Of a stretch of DNA of 64,000 nt, positions 36,422 to 47,388 are shown piece by piece. Origin of the DNA: Squalus acanthias (lineage: Eukaryota); contig CM059432.1 in assembly GCA_030390025.1 (NCBI GenBank), forward strand, positions 58,158,001 to 58,222,000. Direction: 5' to 3'. Positions within the stretch are counted from its first letter, which is position 1, and each line of letters opens with the position of its first letter. Under the pieces are notes generated by a model that was given only the letters and a program-made list of their open reading frames with translations, searched no databases and was not told where the DNA came from. A program made the translations under genes and the position numbers.

Positions 36422-37918
36422 CAGAGGTTCTCAACCTTTTTGGTTCTGAGGCTCCCCCTCCCATGTTATAAAAATTCCACATCCCCCTTTAACAAAACAC
36501 AAGTATTTTTTCGGTATAAAAACCCTCTCAGCACTGCTCCTGCTCACCATGTTACTGCTGCTGCTGCTATCCCAACTCTGCAGAAAATACTGGTCCCCAT
36601 GTCCATCCCACTCCCTCTTTCCCTCCACATGAGCCCCAATTACCCGACCTCCAGTCTCCCTATTTCCACCGCAAACCCGAACTCCCTCACTGACTGGTCC
36701 CGACACATCAGCCGGTCCCGGTTCTCTGCTTGATTGTCAGTCAAACAGCCCTTCCCCCTCCCCCCCATCACCTATATTTTTATAACTAATAAACAAAAGT
36801 GTACAATGAAAATGAAAAAAAAGATTAAGGTCCATGTGATTTTTCTCCCAAATTGCTGGCAGCAGTGTCCAGATTAATGTTTTACTCCTGGTGACTCCAG
36901 GACTATCCTGGAAGGTGGAAATTCTGGCTGGAGGCCAACATTGGGTGTGAACAATCAGGTCTGCCTGTGATGCCGTTCTTGGCAGGCCAAGACTGCTAAC
37001 ACTCAAGGTATAGGCTCGCAGCTAAAGAATGAATGGGGTTAGGCACCAAAGGGCAGCCAGCACCCATGTAACTATACAACAGTGTGAGTCAAGACTTTGA
37101 AGACAGCAGGAGAGAAAATGGTGGGGAATGGGGGGAATGAGACAGTGCAGAATAGTTAAATGAGTTTGCAAACGGTTTCAGTTTTGCTGGTAATAAGTGT
37201 CAATCCTAATAGTTTCCGAAAGTTGACATGAAGACAGCAAATCGGTGTGTGGTCCCAGCAGCTCCTTTCCTCCAATCAGCTGCCGCCTATTTCTTTGGCC
37301 CTTCTTCATTTGATTGACAATCGCAAACGCGCAGATAACAAAAAAAATCTAATCTGAAACAGAACCCGCGCAGAGCCGCCATTGGCTGATTTCAATACTC
37401 GCAGGATGCTTCAACTGAGTTACAGTTGGTGCTGGTGACGTAAGGCAGAGAGGATTCGGGTGGTGAGAGGTGAAAGTGGAAGAGCAACTGCCCCAATTAG
37501 CCCGGGGGAGGGGGAGCAACAACCCCCGCAGCATCGCGTTAGGAAGATTAGGGGGGTGGGGGGGAGTGAAATGTACCGCGGGACCGGGTGAGAGGAGAGC
37601 GGAGAGCGGAGGAGGGAACACTCGAGCCAGGAGATCTACGCTCAGTGGCCAGTGACCTCCGCCTCGCTCCCTTCTCAGCGAGTGGAGGCCTGGGCTCAGC
37701 GGCACCTGCTGCCATCATCGCACAGACGTTCTGGAGGGGGAAACAGAGGTCTGTGTCGGGGACGGAGGCAGAGCCGCCAGTTTACACAGCTCGATCCCAC
37801 TTTTCCGCGACAGTGTATTTAAAAAAAATCTGGTTTTATTAAATCCCAGAGGTTATTTATGGCTTACCTCTTGAAACTTCTCGCGGACCCCTGAGGGGCC
37901 CTGTTGAGAGAACCCCTG
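36422..37918. mobile_element. Non-autonomous hAT (Charlie/Buster-type) element
   Basis: TIRs CAGAGGTTCTCAAC / GTTGAGAGAACCCCTG; perfect 8-bp TSD ATTTACCT (36414-36421, 37919-37926) with central TA. Confidence 0.9.
36905..37120 (+). mobile_element. Diverged LF-SINE-like 3' fragment inside the hAT element
   Basis: GGGTGTGAACA..CTGTGATGCC..AACACTCA..AAGAATG..CCAGCACCCATG blocks are colinear with 6750-6900. Confidence 0.5.
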
Positions 37919-38775
37919 ATTTACCTTTGCTGTGCTTGCAAATGACTCCCTTTGGAGCAAAAGATCATTTAAGCTGCAAATTTTTCAGCCCCAGAAAGGC
38001 TTTGAGGGAGCCATATGGCGGAGCGGCTTTGGGTCATTTAGCCTTTCAAGGGCAGATCATGGCAGGTGCTTCAAAACGCCCTAGCAGGTGCGCGCAGCCT
38101 GCCCCTATCTTCCAGAAGACCCTGACCCTCCAATTTGGATGGGGTCCCTGACCTTGAGTTTGGGCAGATCAGGGTCCCACTCCACCGTACACGTGCCATT
38201 GGTGCAGACTAACTCATTGCAGAAGACTTATTCACATTCAACAATTCCGAAGTTATAACATTGTGGATCTGAATAACACCAATAGCAGGAATTATTCTAT
38301 CTGTGAGTGCTAAGGTCATTTTGTCAGGGATACTGTAGTCCAGCACTTTTGGAGCACTAACAGGGAGTCACAACAGTTGGGTGTTTCAGATTGCCATTTG
38401 ACCTAGCCTAATAACTTTTCAGTAGCCAGAAACAGCCTTAAGGCTCATTATTCTGTGCAGAGGTGACTGGTGTATCAAATTAAGAAGCTTCCTTTGACCA
38501 AAAAAATGAAAAATTGGTAAAAAGGGAGACAATATGAGACTAAACTAGCAAGAAATATAAAAACAGATTGTAAGAGCTTCTATAAGTATGTTAAAAGAAA
38601 GAGAGTAGCAAAAGTAAGCATTAGTCCCTTAGAGGCTGAGACAGGTGAAATTATAATGGGGAATAAAGAAATGGCAGAGACTTTAAACAAATATTTTGTA
38701 ACTGTCTTCACAGTGGAAGTCACAAAAAGCATAACAAAAATAGTGGGGAACCAAGGGGCGACTAAGAGTGGGGAA

Positions 38776-41700
38776 CGGTAGTGTAGTGGTAATGTCACTG
38801 GGCTAGTAATCCAGAGGCCTGGACTAATGATCCAGAGACATGAGTTCAAATCCCACTACGTCAGCTGGGGAATTTAAATTCAGTTACAGGAAACTCTTGT
38901 TTAAACGGCACCTAAATATCCGGAATTCTCTAATAACCGGCAAAATTCATACTCCGAAAACAACACCTCAATAACCGGAAATGTTGCCGAGTCCGAGTCT
39001 CCCGCGGTGGCCGAGTTAGTCAGTGGGGGCTAGTGGAGGCCGTCAAACAGCCTCAGAGTGCGCAGAATCCCTCCCCTTTAACGGAAGGGGAGGGGTGATT
39101 AAACGCGTCAGCGCTATGTGGAGCGGCCGCGTAGTGCTCCGGCGCTACCGCGCTTTGCGCTCCAGACACCGCCCCGAGAGGAAGTGGACCGCACGAGATA
39201 GCGCTCCGCTTCCTCGCCGGAGCGGTAAGCCCAATTTAGCGGCCAAGGCGGTACTCCCGCGCTGGGCGCTAATTCGGTTACCGCTCCCAAACGGGGCATA
39301 ACCCTCAACTGGCAGTACTGTACTTAATCAAGCATCTTCCACCATCCATTTAACACAACATTCTGTAGGTGAGTACCCAATTATACTGCACATTTCTTTA
39401 TTTTTTTATTTTTGTTTGTTAAAAATAACCTCGGTAGATATACCTCTCCGTTATCCGGAATTTTTAATCAACCGGCACCATCCCGGTCCCGTCGGTGCCG
39501 GATACGAAAGAGTTTCCTGTAATTAAATAAATCTGGATTAAGAAAAGTTAGTATCAGTAATGGTAATCATGAAACTATCGGATTGTCGTAAAAACCCACC
39601 TGGTTCACTAATGCCCTTTAAGGAAGGAAATCTGCCGTCTTTACCTGGTCTGGCATATATGTGACTCCAGACCCACAGCAATGTGGTTGACTCTTAACTG
39701 CCCTCTGACATGGCACAGCAAGCCACTCAGTTGTAACAAACCGCTACGAAACAAAATAATAAGAAAGAAACCGGACGGACCAACCACCTGGCATCGACCT
39801 CGGCACCAGCTACGGACACGGCAACAGCACACCCAGCCCAGGCAACCCTGCAAAGTCCTCCTCACCAACATCTGGGGACATGCGCCAAAATTGGGAGAGC
39901 TGTCAAGCAACAGCCTGACATAGTCATACTCACAGAATCATACCTTTCAGCCAATGTCCCAAACTCCTCCATCACCATCCCTGGGTATGTCCTGTCCCAT
40001 CAGGGGTGGTGGCACAGTGATATACAGTCAGGACAGAGTGGCTCTGGGAGTCCTCAACATTGACACCGGACCTCATGGCTTCAGGTCAAGCATGGGCAAG
40101 GAAACCTCCTGCTGATTACCACCTACCGCCCTCCCTCAGCTGATGAATCTGTACATCACCATGTTGAACACCACTTGGAAGAAGCACTGAGAGTAGCAAG
40201 GGCACAGAATGTACTCTGGGTGGGGGACTTCAATGTCCATCACCAAGAGTGGCTCGGTAGCACCACTACTGACCGAGCTGGCTGAGTCCTGAAGGACATA
40301 ACTGCCAGTCTGGGCCTGCGACAGGTGGTGAGAGAATCAACACGAGGGGAAAAACCTACTTGACCTCGTCCTCACCAAACTACCGTCCTATGTCGCAGAT
40401 GCATCTGTCCATAACAGTATTGGTAGCAGTGACCACCGCACAGTCATTGTGGAGACAAAGTCCCATCTTCACACTGAGGACACCCTCCATCGTGTTGTGT
40501 GGCACTACCACCGTGCTAAATGGGATAGATTCAGAACAGATCTAGCAGCTCAAAACTGGGCATTCACGGGGAGCTGTGGGCCATCAGCAGCAGCAGAATT
40601 GTATTCCCCCACAATCTGTAACCTCATGGCCTGACATATCCCTCACTCTACCACTACCATCAAGCCAGGGGAGAAGCCCTGGTTCAATGAGGAGTGTAGA
40701 AGAGCATGCCAAGAGCAGCACCAGGCATACCTAAAAATGAGGTGCCAACCTGGGGAAGCTGCAACACAGGATGACATGCATGCTAAAAATCAGAAGCAGT
40801 ATGCTATAGACAGGGCTAAGAGATCCCACAATCAACGGATCAGATCAAAGCTTTGCAGTCCTGCCACATCCAGTTGTGAATGGTGGTGGACCATTAAACA
40901 ACTAATGGGAGGAGGAGGCTCCATGAATATCCCCATCCTCAATGATGGTGGAGCCCAGGATGTGAGTGCAAAAGACAAGGCTGAAGCGTTTGCAACCATC
41001 TTCAGCCAGAAGTGCCGAGTGGATGATCCATATCGGCCTCCTCCCGAGGTCCCCACCATCACTTCAGCCAATTCGATTCACTTCACGTGATATCAAGAAA
41101 CAGCTGAGCGCATTGGATACAGCAAAGGCTATGGGCCCTGACAACATCCCGGCTATCGTGCTGAAGACTTGTGCTCCAGAACTAGCTGCGCCTCTAGCTA
41201 AGCTGTTCCAGTACAGCTGCAACACTGGCATCTATCCGACAATGTGGAACACTGCCCAGGTATGTCCTGTCCACAAAAAGCAGGAAAAATCCAATCCAGC
41301 CAATTACCGCCCCATCAGTCTACTCTCAATCATCAGCAAAGTGATGGAAGGTGTCATCGACAGTACTATCAAGCGACACTTACTCACCTATAACCTGCTC
41401 ACTGATGCCCAGTTTGGGTTCCGCCAAGACCACTCTGCTCTGGTCCTCATTACAGCCTTGGTCCAAACATGGACAAAGGAGCTGAATTCCAGAGGTGAGA
41501 TGAGAGTGACTGCCCTTGACATCAAGGCAGCATTTGACCGAGTGTGGCATGAAGGAGCCCTAGTAAAACTGAAGTCAATGGGAATTGGGGGGAAAACTCT
41601 CCACTGGCTGGAGTCATACCTAGCACAAAGGAAGATGGTTGTGGTGATTGAAGGTCAATCATCACAGCCCCAGGACATCGCTGCAGGAATTCCTCAGGGC

Positions 41701-42680
41701 AGTGTCCTAGGCCCAACCATCTTCAACTGCTTCATCGATGACCTTCCCTCCAACATAAGGTCAGAAATAGGGATGTTCGCTGATGACCGCACAGTGTTCA
41801 GTGTCATTCATAACTCCTCAGATAATGAAGCAGTCCATGCCCGTATGCAACAAGACCTGGACGACGTTCAGGCTTGGGCTGATAAGTGGCAGGTAACATT
41901 CACGCCACACAAGTGCCAGGCAATAACTATCTTCAACAAGCGAGAGTCTAACCACCGCCCCTTGACATTCAATGGCATTACCATCACCGAAACCCCCACC
42001 ATCAACATCCTGGGGGTCACCATTAACCAGAAACTTAACTGGACCAGCCACATAAATACTGTGGCAACAAGAGCAGGTCAGAGGCTAGGTATTCTGTGGT
42101 GAGTGTCTCACCTCCTGACTCCCCAAAGCTTTTCTACCATCTACAAGGCACAAGTAAGGAGTGTGATGGAATACTCTCCACTTGCCTGGATGAGTGCAGC
42201 TCCAACAACACTCAAGAAGCTCGACACCATCCAGGACAAAGCAGCCCGCTTGATTGGCACCCCATCTACCACCTTAAACATTCACTCCCTCCACCACCGC
42301 CGTACCATGGCTGCAGTGTGTACCATCTACAAGATGCACTGCAGCAACTCGCCAAGGCTTCTTCGGCAGTACCTCCCAAACCTGCGAACTCTTCCACCTA
42401 GAAGGACAAGGGCAGCAGGCGCATGTGAACACCACCACCTCCAAGTTCCCCTCCAAGTCAAACACCATCCTGACTTAGAAGTATATCGCCGATCCTTCAT
42501 CGTTGCTGTGTCAAAATCCTGGCACTCCCTACCTAACAGCACTGTGGAGTACCTTCACCACACGGACTGCAGCGGTTCAAGAAAGCGGCTCACCACCACC
42601 TTCTCAAGGGCAATTAGGGATGGGCAATAAATGCTGGCCTTGCCAGCGACGCCCACATCCCATAAACGAATAAAAAAAAA
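38776..42680 (+). mobile_element. APE-RT LINE with tRNA-like (MER131-like) 5' head and MER131-like 3' tail, decayed ORF
   Basis: A box TAGTGTAGTGG, B box GAGTTCAAATCC; APE motifs (ILTESYL, YRPPS, GDFN, SDH) from ~39850; RT ORF 40966-42102 ([21 protein letters not shown]); tail GGGCAATAAATGCTGGCCTTGCCAGCGACGCCCACATCCC plus A run. Confidence 0.88.
38887..39519. mobile_element. Tc1/mariner (Tigger/pogo-like) MITE
   Basis: TIRs CAGGAAACTCTT / AAGAGTTTCCTG, TA duplication on both sides, subterminal ATCCGG/AACCGG repeats; the interrupted SINE-like head rejoins across it. Confidence 0.85.
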
Positions 42681-43749
42681 ACTTAAAGTAATTAGTATCA
42701 GTAGCGATAAAGTACCTGAGAGACTAATGGGACTAAAAGCCGACAAATTCCCTGGACCTGATGGCCTACATCCTAGGGTTCTAAAAGAGGTGGCTGCAGA
42801 GATAATCGATGCATTGGTTGTGATCTTCCAAAATTCCCTAAATTCTAGAAAGGTCCCAACAGATTGGAAGGTAGCAAATGTAACGCTGCTATTCAAGAAA
42901 GGAGGGAGAGAGAAAACGGGGAACTACAGGCCAGTTAGCCTGACATCAGTCATCGGGAAAATGGTGGAATCCATTATTGAGGAAGTGGTAACAGGGCACT
43001 TAAAAAATCATAATATGATTAGGCAGAGTCAACATGGTTTTATGAAAGGGAAATCATGTTCAACAAATGTAATAGAGTTTTTGAGGATTTAACTAGCAGG
43101 GTAGATAAAAGGGAACCAATGGATGTAGTATATTTGGATTTCCAAAAGGGCTGTTGCGGTTGGGGTAATATATTAGCATGGAACAGAGAGTAGGGATAAA
43201 TGGGTCATTTTATGGTTGGCAGGATGTTACTAGTGGAGTGTCATAAGGATCAGTGCTTGGGCCTCAGCTACTTACAATCTATATTAATGACTTAGCTGTA
43301 GGGCCGAGTGCAATGTATCCGAGTTTGCTGACGATACAAAGCTAGGTGGGAAGGTAAACTGTGAGGAGAACACAAAGAGTCTGCAAAGGGATATAGACAG
43401 GTTAAGTGAAAGGGCAAAAAGGTGGCAGATGGAGTATAATGTGGGGAAATGTGAGGTTATTCACTTTGGTAGGAAGAATAGAAAAACAGAATATTTTTTA
43501 AATCGTGAGAAACTATTAAATGTTGGTGTTCAGAGAGATTTGGATGTCCTCGTACAGGAAACACAAAAAGTTAACATGCAGGTACAGCAAGCAATTAGGA
43601 AAGCAAATGGCATGTTGGCCTTTATTGCAAGGGGATTGGAGTACAAGGGTAAGGAAGTGTTACTATAATTGTACAGGACTTTGGTGAGACCACACCTGGA
43701 GTACTGTGCACAGTTTTGGTCTCCTTATCTGAGAAAGGACATACATGTC

Positions 43750-44618
43750 TGTAAGATCTTAACGATCTCTGAGTTCTTGGACAAGACACCAATAGGCAGC
43801 AGCCAGTATGTTTGAGCAATAGATCAAGATTTATTAAGCATACAGCATAATATACTTAATATTAGGCGATAGTTTTAACAAGTAGCTCGCAGCCCTAGGT
43901 CTCTGGAACCTCTCGGACACAGATGATGTCATCTTAAGTCTGTTCCTTTGTCCTCGCAGTACGTCTGTGTGAAGTTGTTCTTTTAGTATCGAGGTTTTAA
44001 CCCTTTTCTTATCAAAAGTTGGTTTGGCCAGTGTCCATATATGGTCTTTAACAAAATCACCTTTTATAATTGGTTCTAATGGTCAAAATACCATTGTCAC
44101 TCAGACTAAGGTAGCATCCCGCCTTTCCAGTATTTTTCCACCAACTTTGCCATGTTCAGTGTTATCTTGTTTATAGTTTTTCACCCCATTGGAATTTACT
44201 TTATCTCTTTCATTTCTAGCTTCGAGCAGTACAAGGCCTTTCTATACCAAGGGCCCTGAGGTATCCAAGCTATTTCACTTTAATCTACCAGATAAATACC
44301 TTATCTCCATGATCTCTCTCATTTTATGTCCTTATACTAATTATTCTTTAAATATCGTTGCAATTAGTTTTGTTAAGCGAATTTCTACTTAGCATCATAA
44401 TATTATTTAATGATTTAACCTTCACTCGTAGTCTGTGGCTGTTTGTTATCAAAACTTAAAACTGCTTTTGACTGTGCAGCTACATTTTGAACAAGTCTTA
44501 GATTTTTAGTTACCCAGGAGTAATTATGGGTAATATTATTTGGTCAATGGCTGCACTTGAAGTTATACATATATGATTCTCGTCTACTAAATATCTTTAA
44601 ATATCAGCCTTTCGTACA
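43750..44618 (-). mobile_element. Solo LTR (ERV or Gypsy)
   Basis: TGTA...TACA ends, 4-bp TSD TGTC, minus-strand CCAAT+TATAAAAG (~44075-44060) and AATAAA (~43830); the CR1 sequence resumes across it. Confidence 0.85.
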
Positions 44619-45100
44619 TGTCTTAAAGGCAGTGCAACGAAGGTTCACTAGATTGATCCCTGGGATGATAGAGTTGACCTATGAGGAGAGATTGAGTAGA
44701 TTGGGCCTATACTCTCTGGAGTTTAGAAGAATGAGAGGTGATCTCATTGAAACATATAAGATTCTGAGGGGGATTAACAGGGTAGATGCTGAGAGGTTGT
44801 TTCCCCCGGCTGGAGAGTCTAGAACTAGGGGGCTTAGTCTCAGGATAAGGAACGGCCATTTAAGACTGAGATGAGGAGGAATTTCTTCATTCAGAGGGTT
44901 CTGAATCTTTGGAATTCTCTACCTGAAAGGGCTGTGGATGCTCAGTCGTTGAGTATATTCAGGGCTGAAATAGATAGATTTTTGGACTCTAGGGGAATCA
45001 ACGGATATGGGGATAGTGCAGGAAAGTGGAGTGGCGGTCAAAGATCACCATGATTTTATTGAATGGCGGAGCAGGCTCGAAGGGTCCTATTTCTTATGTT

Positions 45101-45333
45101 CTGCGAGGAGTCAGCAGCAGTGAAGGAGGCGGCAGAGGATAAAGAGCGCGGGAGGTGGAGGCAGCGGACCTGCGAGGAGTCAGGTGTAGCGGAAGAGGCG
45201 GCAGAGGATAAAGACCGCGGGAGGCGGAGGCAGCGGACCTGCGAGGAGTCAGGTGTAGCGGAGGAGGCGGCAGAGGATAAAGACCGCGGGAGGCGGAGGC
45301 AGCGGACCTGCGAGGAGTCAGGAAAAGCGGAGG
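45101..45333 (+). repeat. 69-bp GC-rich tandem repeat, ~3.3 copies, at the 5' end of a CR1
   Basis: CTGCGAGGAGTCAG recurs at 45101, 45170, 45239 and 45308. Confidence 0.92.
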
Positions 45334-46073
45334 AAACATACAAATCCAGAGAATTCCAAAAGAACAGCAAAAGCAAGGAATGACGTCACAGGACTGCAGG
45401 TACGTGATTGGTGGGTGAGTATTAGCGTTTTATTCTCTCTAACATAACTTAGATAAACTAATTAATATAACTATAAATAATCATGTGAATAAAGACTTTA
45501 ACTAAGAGAGTGAGAGAAACGGCTGGAGCTAAAGGTAGGCCCGATTTTTAAGATTCTTAGGGGGGAAAATTCAGTTGGTTAGCGCCTCCTGTTAGCACCT
45601 GGTGGGGACGCTAACGTGGATGCTAACAGGGCGCTGATGCAGTAGTTCCGGGGCGATGCAAATCCAGCGCCGCATGGCAAATCTGGCCCCTCCCGCTGTG
45701 CCGCCGCTACCAGTTAGCGCTGGGGACCTCACCGGTAGGCAGATCGTAGTGTCAGTGAGCGTGCAACACTCACTGGGTGCCCGATTTGCCAAATTCATTT
45801 TCGCCCTCGCCTTAGTGCCTCACCCCAATAGCAACAGGGATAAGAGGCGCCAAGCAGGCGGATGCTGGCTCCAGGGGCGGTATTTAAAGGCATCCTCCAT
45901 AATGAGTCGCTGCTCTCAGGTTAGTGCTGTTTCACTGCTTCCTTGTCAGTTTGACATTGTGCAAGTTTAATTCAGTCACTTAAAGGTTGTTTAGTATCAG
46001 GAGTGTTGTGGCTACTAACAATTAGTTACATTTATTCTCACAACATATCAAAGTGCTACACTTGGTTACATTA

Positions 46074-47223
46074 ATGGGGGCTGTACTGGCAGTGGACCTC
46101 GCCCTCCAGGATCTACGGCAGAGGGAGCGGAGGCAACGAGAACGATTGGAGCATGTGGCCAGCGGGAGGAGAAGGGCCATGAGGACTCTCAAAAGGAGGC
46201 CTTACCCTCCGAGGGTATCCGAGAGCACTTTTCCTACCTCCAATTAAGTGAGGAGCAGTGGATTAGAAGGCTCTGCTTCAGCAAGGAGTTAGTCACAGAA
46301 CTCTGCCACCTCCTGCAACCAGACCTTGAGCCTCATATCAGGGCGACCACGGCTCTCTCAGTGGCAGTCAAGGTCACCGTTGCCCTCAATTTCTTCGCCA
46401 GCGGATCCTTCCAGTCTGCAATAGGAGATATAGCTAACATCGCGCAGTTCGCCGTCCATCGCTGCATCTGGGAGGTGACAGAGGCTCTCTACAGTAGGAG
46501 AAGAGACTACATTTCCTTCCCCATCACCAGAGAGAAGCAGGACAAACGTGCATGTGGCTTTGCCAGGATAGCGGGCTTCCCCATGGTGCAGGGTGCCATT
46601 GAATGCACCCACGTTGCTTTGTGGGCACCGCATATCAATCCTGAGATCTTCCGTAACCACAAAGGCTACCACTCACTTAATGTGCAGTTGGTGTGTGACC
46701 ACACACTGCGAATCCTCACCGTCAATTCCCACTATCCTGGCAGCAGCCACGATGACTTCATCCTGCACTAGACCGGTGTGACAACACTCTTCCAGCCACC
46801 ACATCAAGCTCATGGCAGGCTGGCTCATGATTCCCCTCAGCAACCCCAACACTCCTGCCCAGCACTCCTATAATGAGAGCCATGCTGCCACCAGGAGTGC
46901 TCAAGCAATGGTTCCGCTGCCTTGACTGCTCGGGAGGAATCCTCCAGTACTAGGCAGTGCGGGTGTCCCATTTCGTGGTGGTCTGCTGCATGCTTCACAA
47001 CTTGGCCATCATGAGGGCCCAGCCCTTGCCACCAGGGATTGTGGGACCACCTCTGGAGGAGGAAGAGGTAGAGGAGGAGGAAGAGGAGGATGAGGAGGAG
47101 GAAGACGAAGATGAGGAGGACGAGGACGAGGAAGAGGAACAGAAGCGAGGGAGGAGGCAGCCACTCAATCGGCCTTTTGGAAGGTCGGTCCGTGACCGGC
47201 TCATCAGACTGTGGTTCGAATAA
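46074..47223 (+). pseudogene. Harbinger DDE transposase (HARBI1-like), disrupted
   Basis: GAIECTH, YHSLNVQLVCDH, YPGSSHD, CCMLHN, long poly-Glu/Asp tail; GDKGY region deleted; frameshift and stop. Confidence 0.92.
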
Positions 47224-47388
47224 ATTAAACCCCAGATCCCCGTTGCTCACCATATGTCCATCATTCCATTCCTGTCGCAGGCCATATCACAGCGCAAAGC
47301 TGAAATGAGAGAGATCACAAAATAATCCAAACTGAATTAATAAATTTATCAATAATCAGTGAAAACATATTTACAACAAAAATATTAA

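Larger units (their letters stand above)
38497..45102 (+). mobile_element. CR1 LINE ORF2 (decayed) split by nested insertions
   Basis: Colinear CR1 pieces at 38497-38775, 42681-43749 and 44619-45102 ([36 protein letters not shown], 3' tail). Confidence 0.92.

Noticed and set aside
38776..38865. tRNA gene
   Set aside because: A/B boxes belong to a retroelement head; no complete cloverleaf or terminator. The same applies to 57858-57920.
45063..45383. 106-aa repetitive charged ORF (and its antisense ORF)
   Set aside because: By-product of the 69-bp (23-codon) repeat; the start codon lies in a CR1 3' tail.
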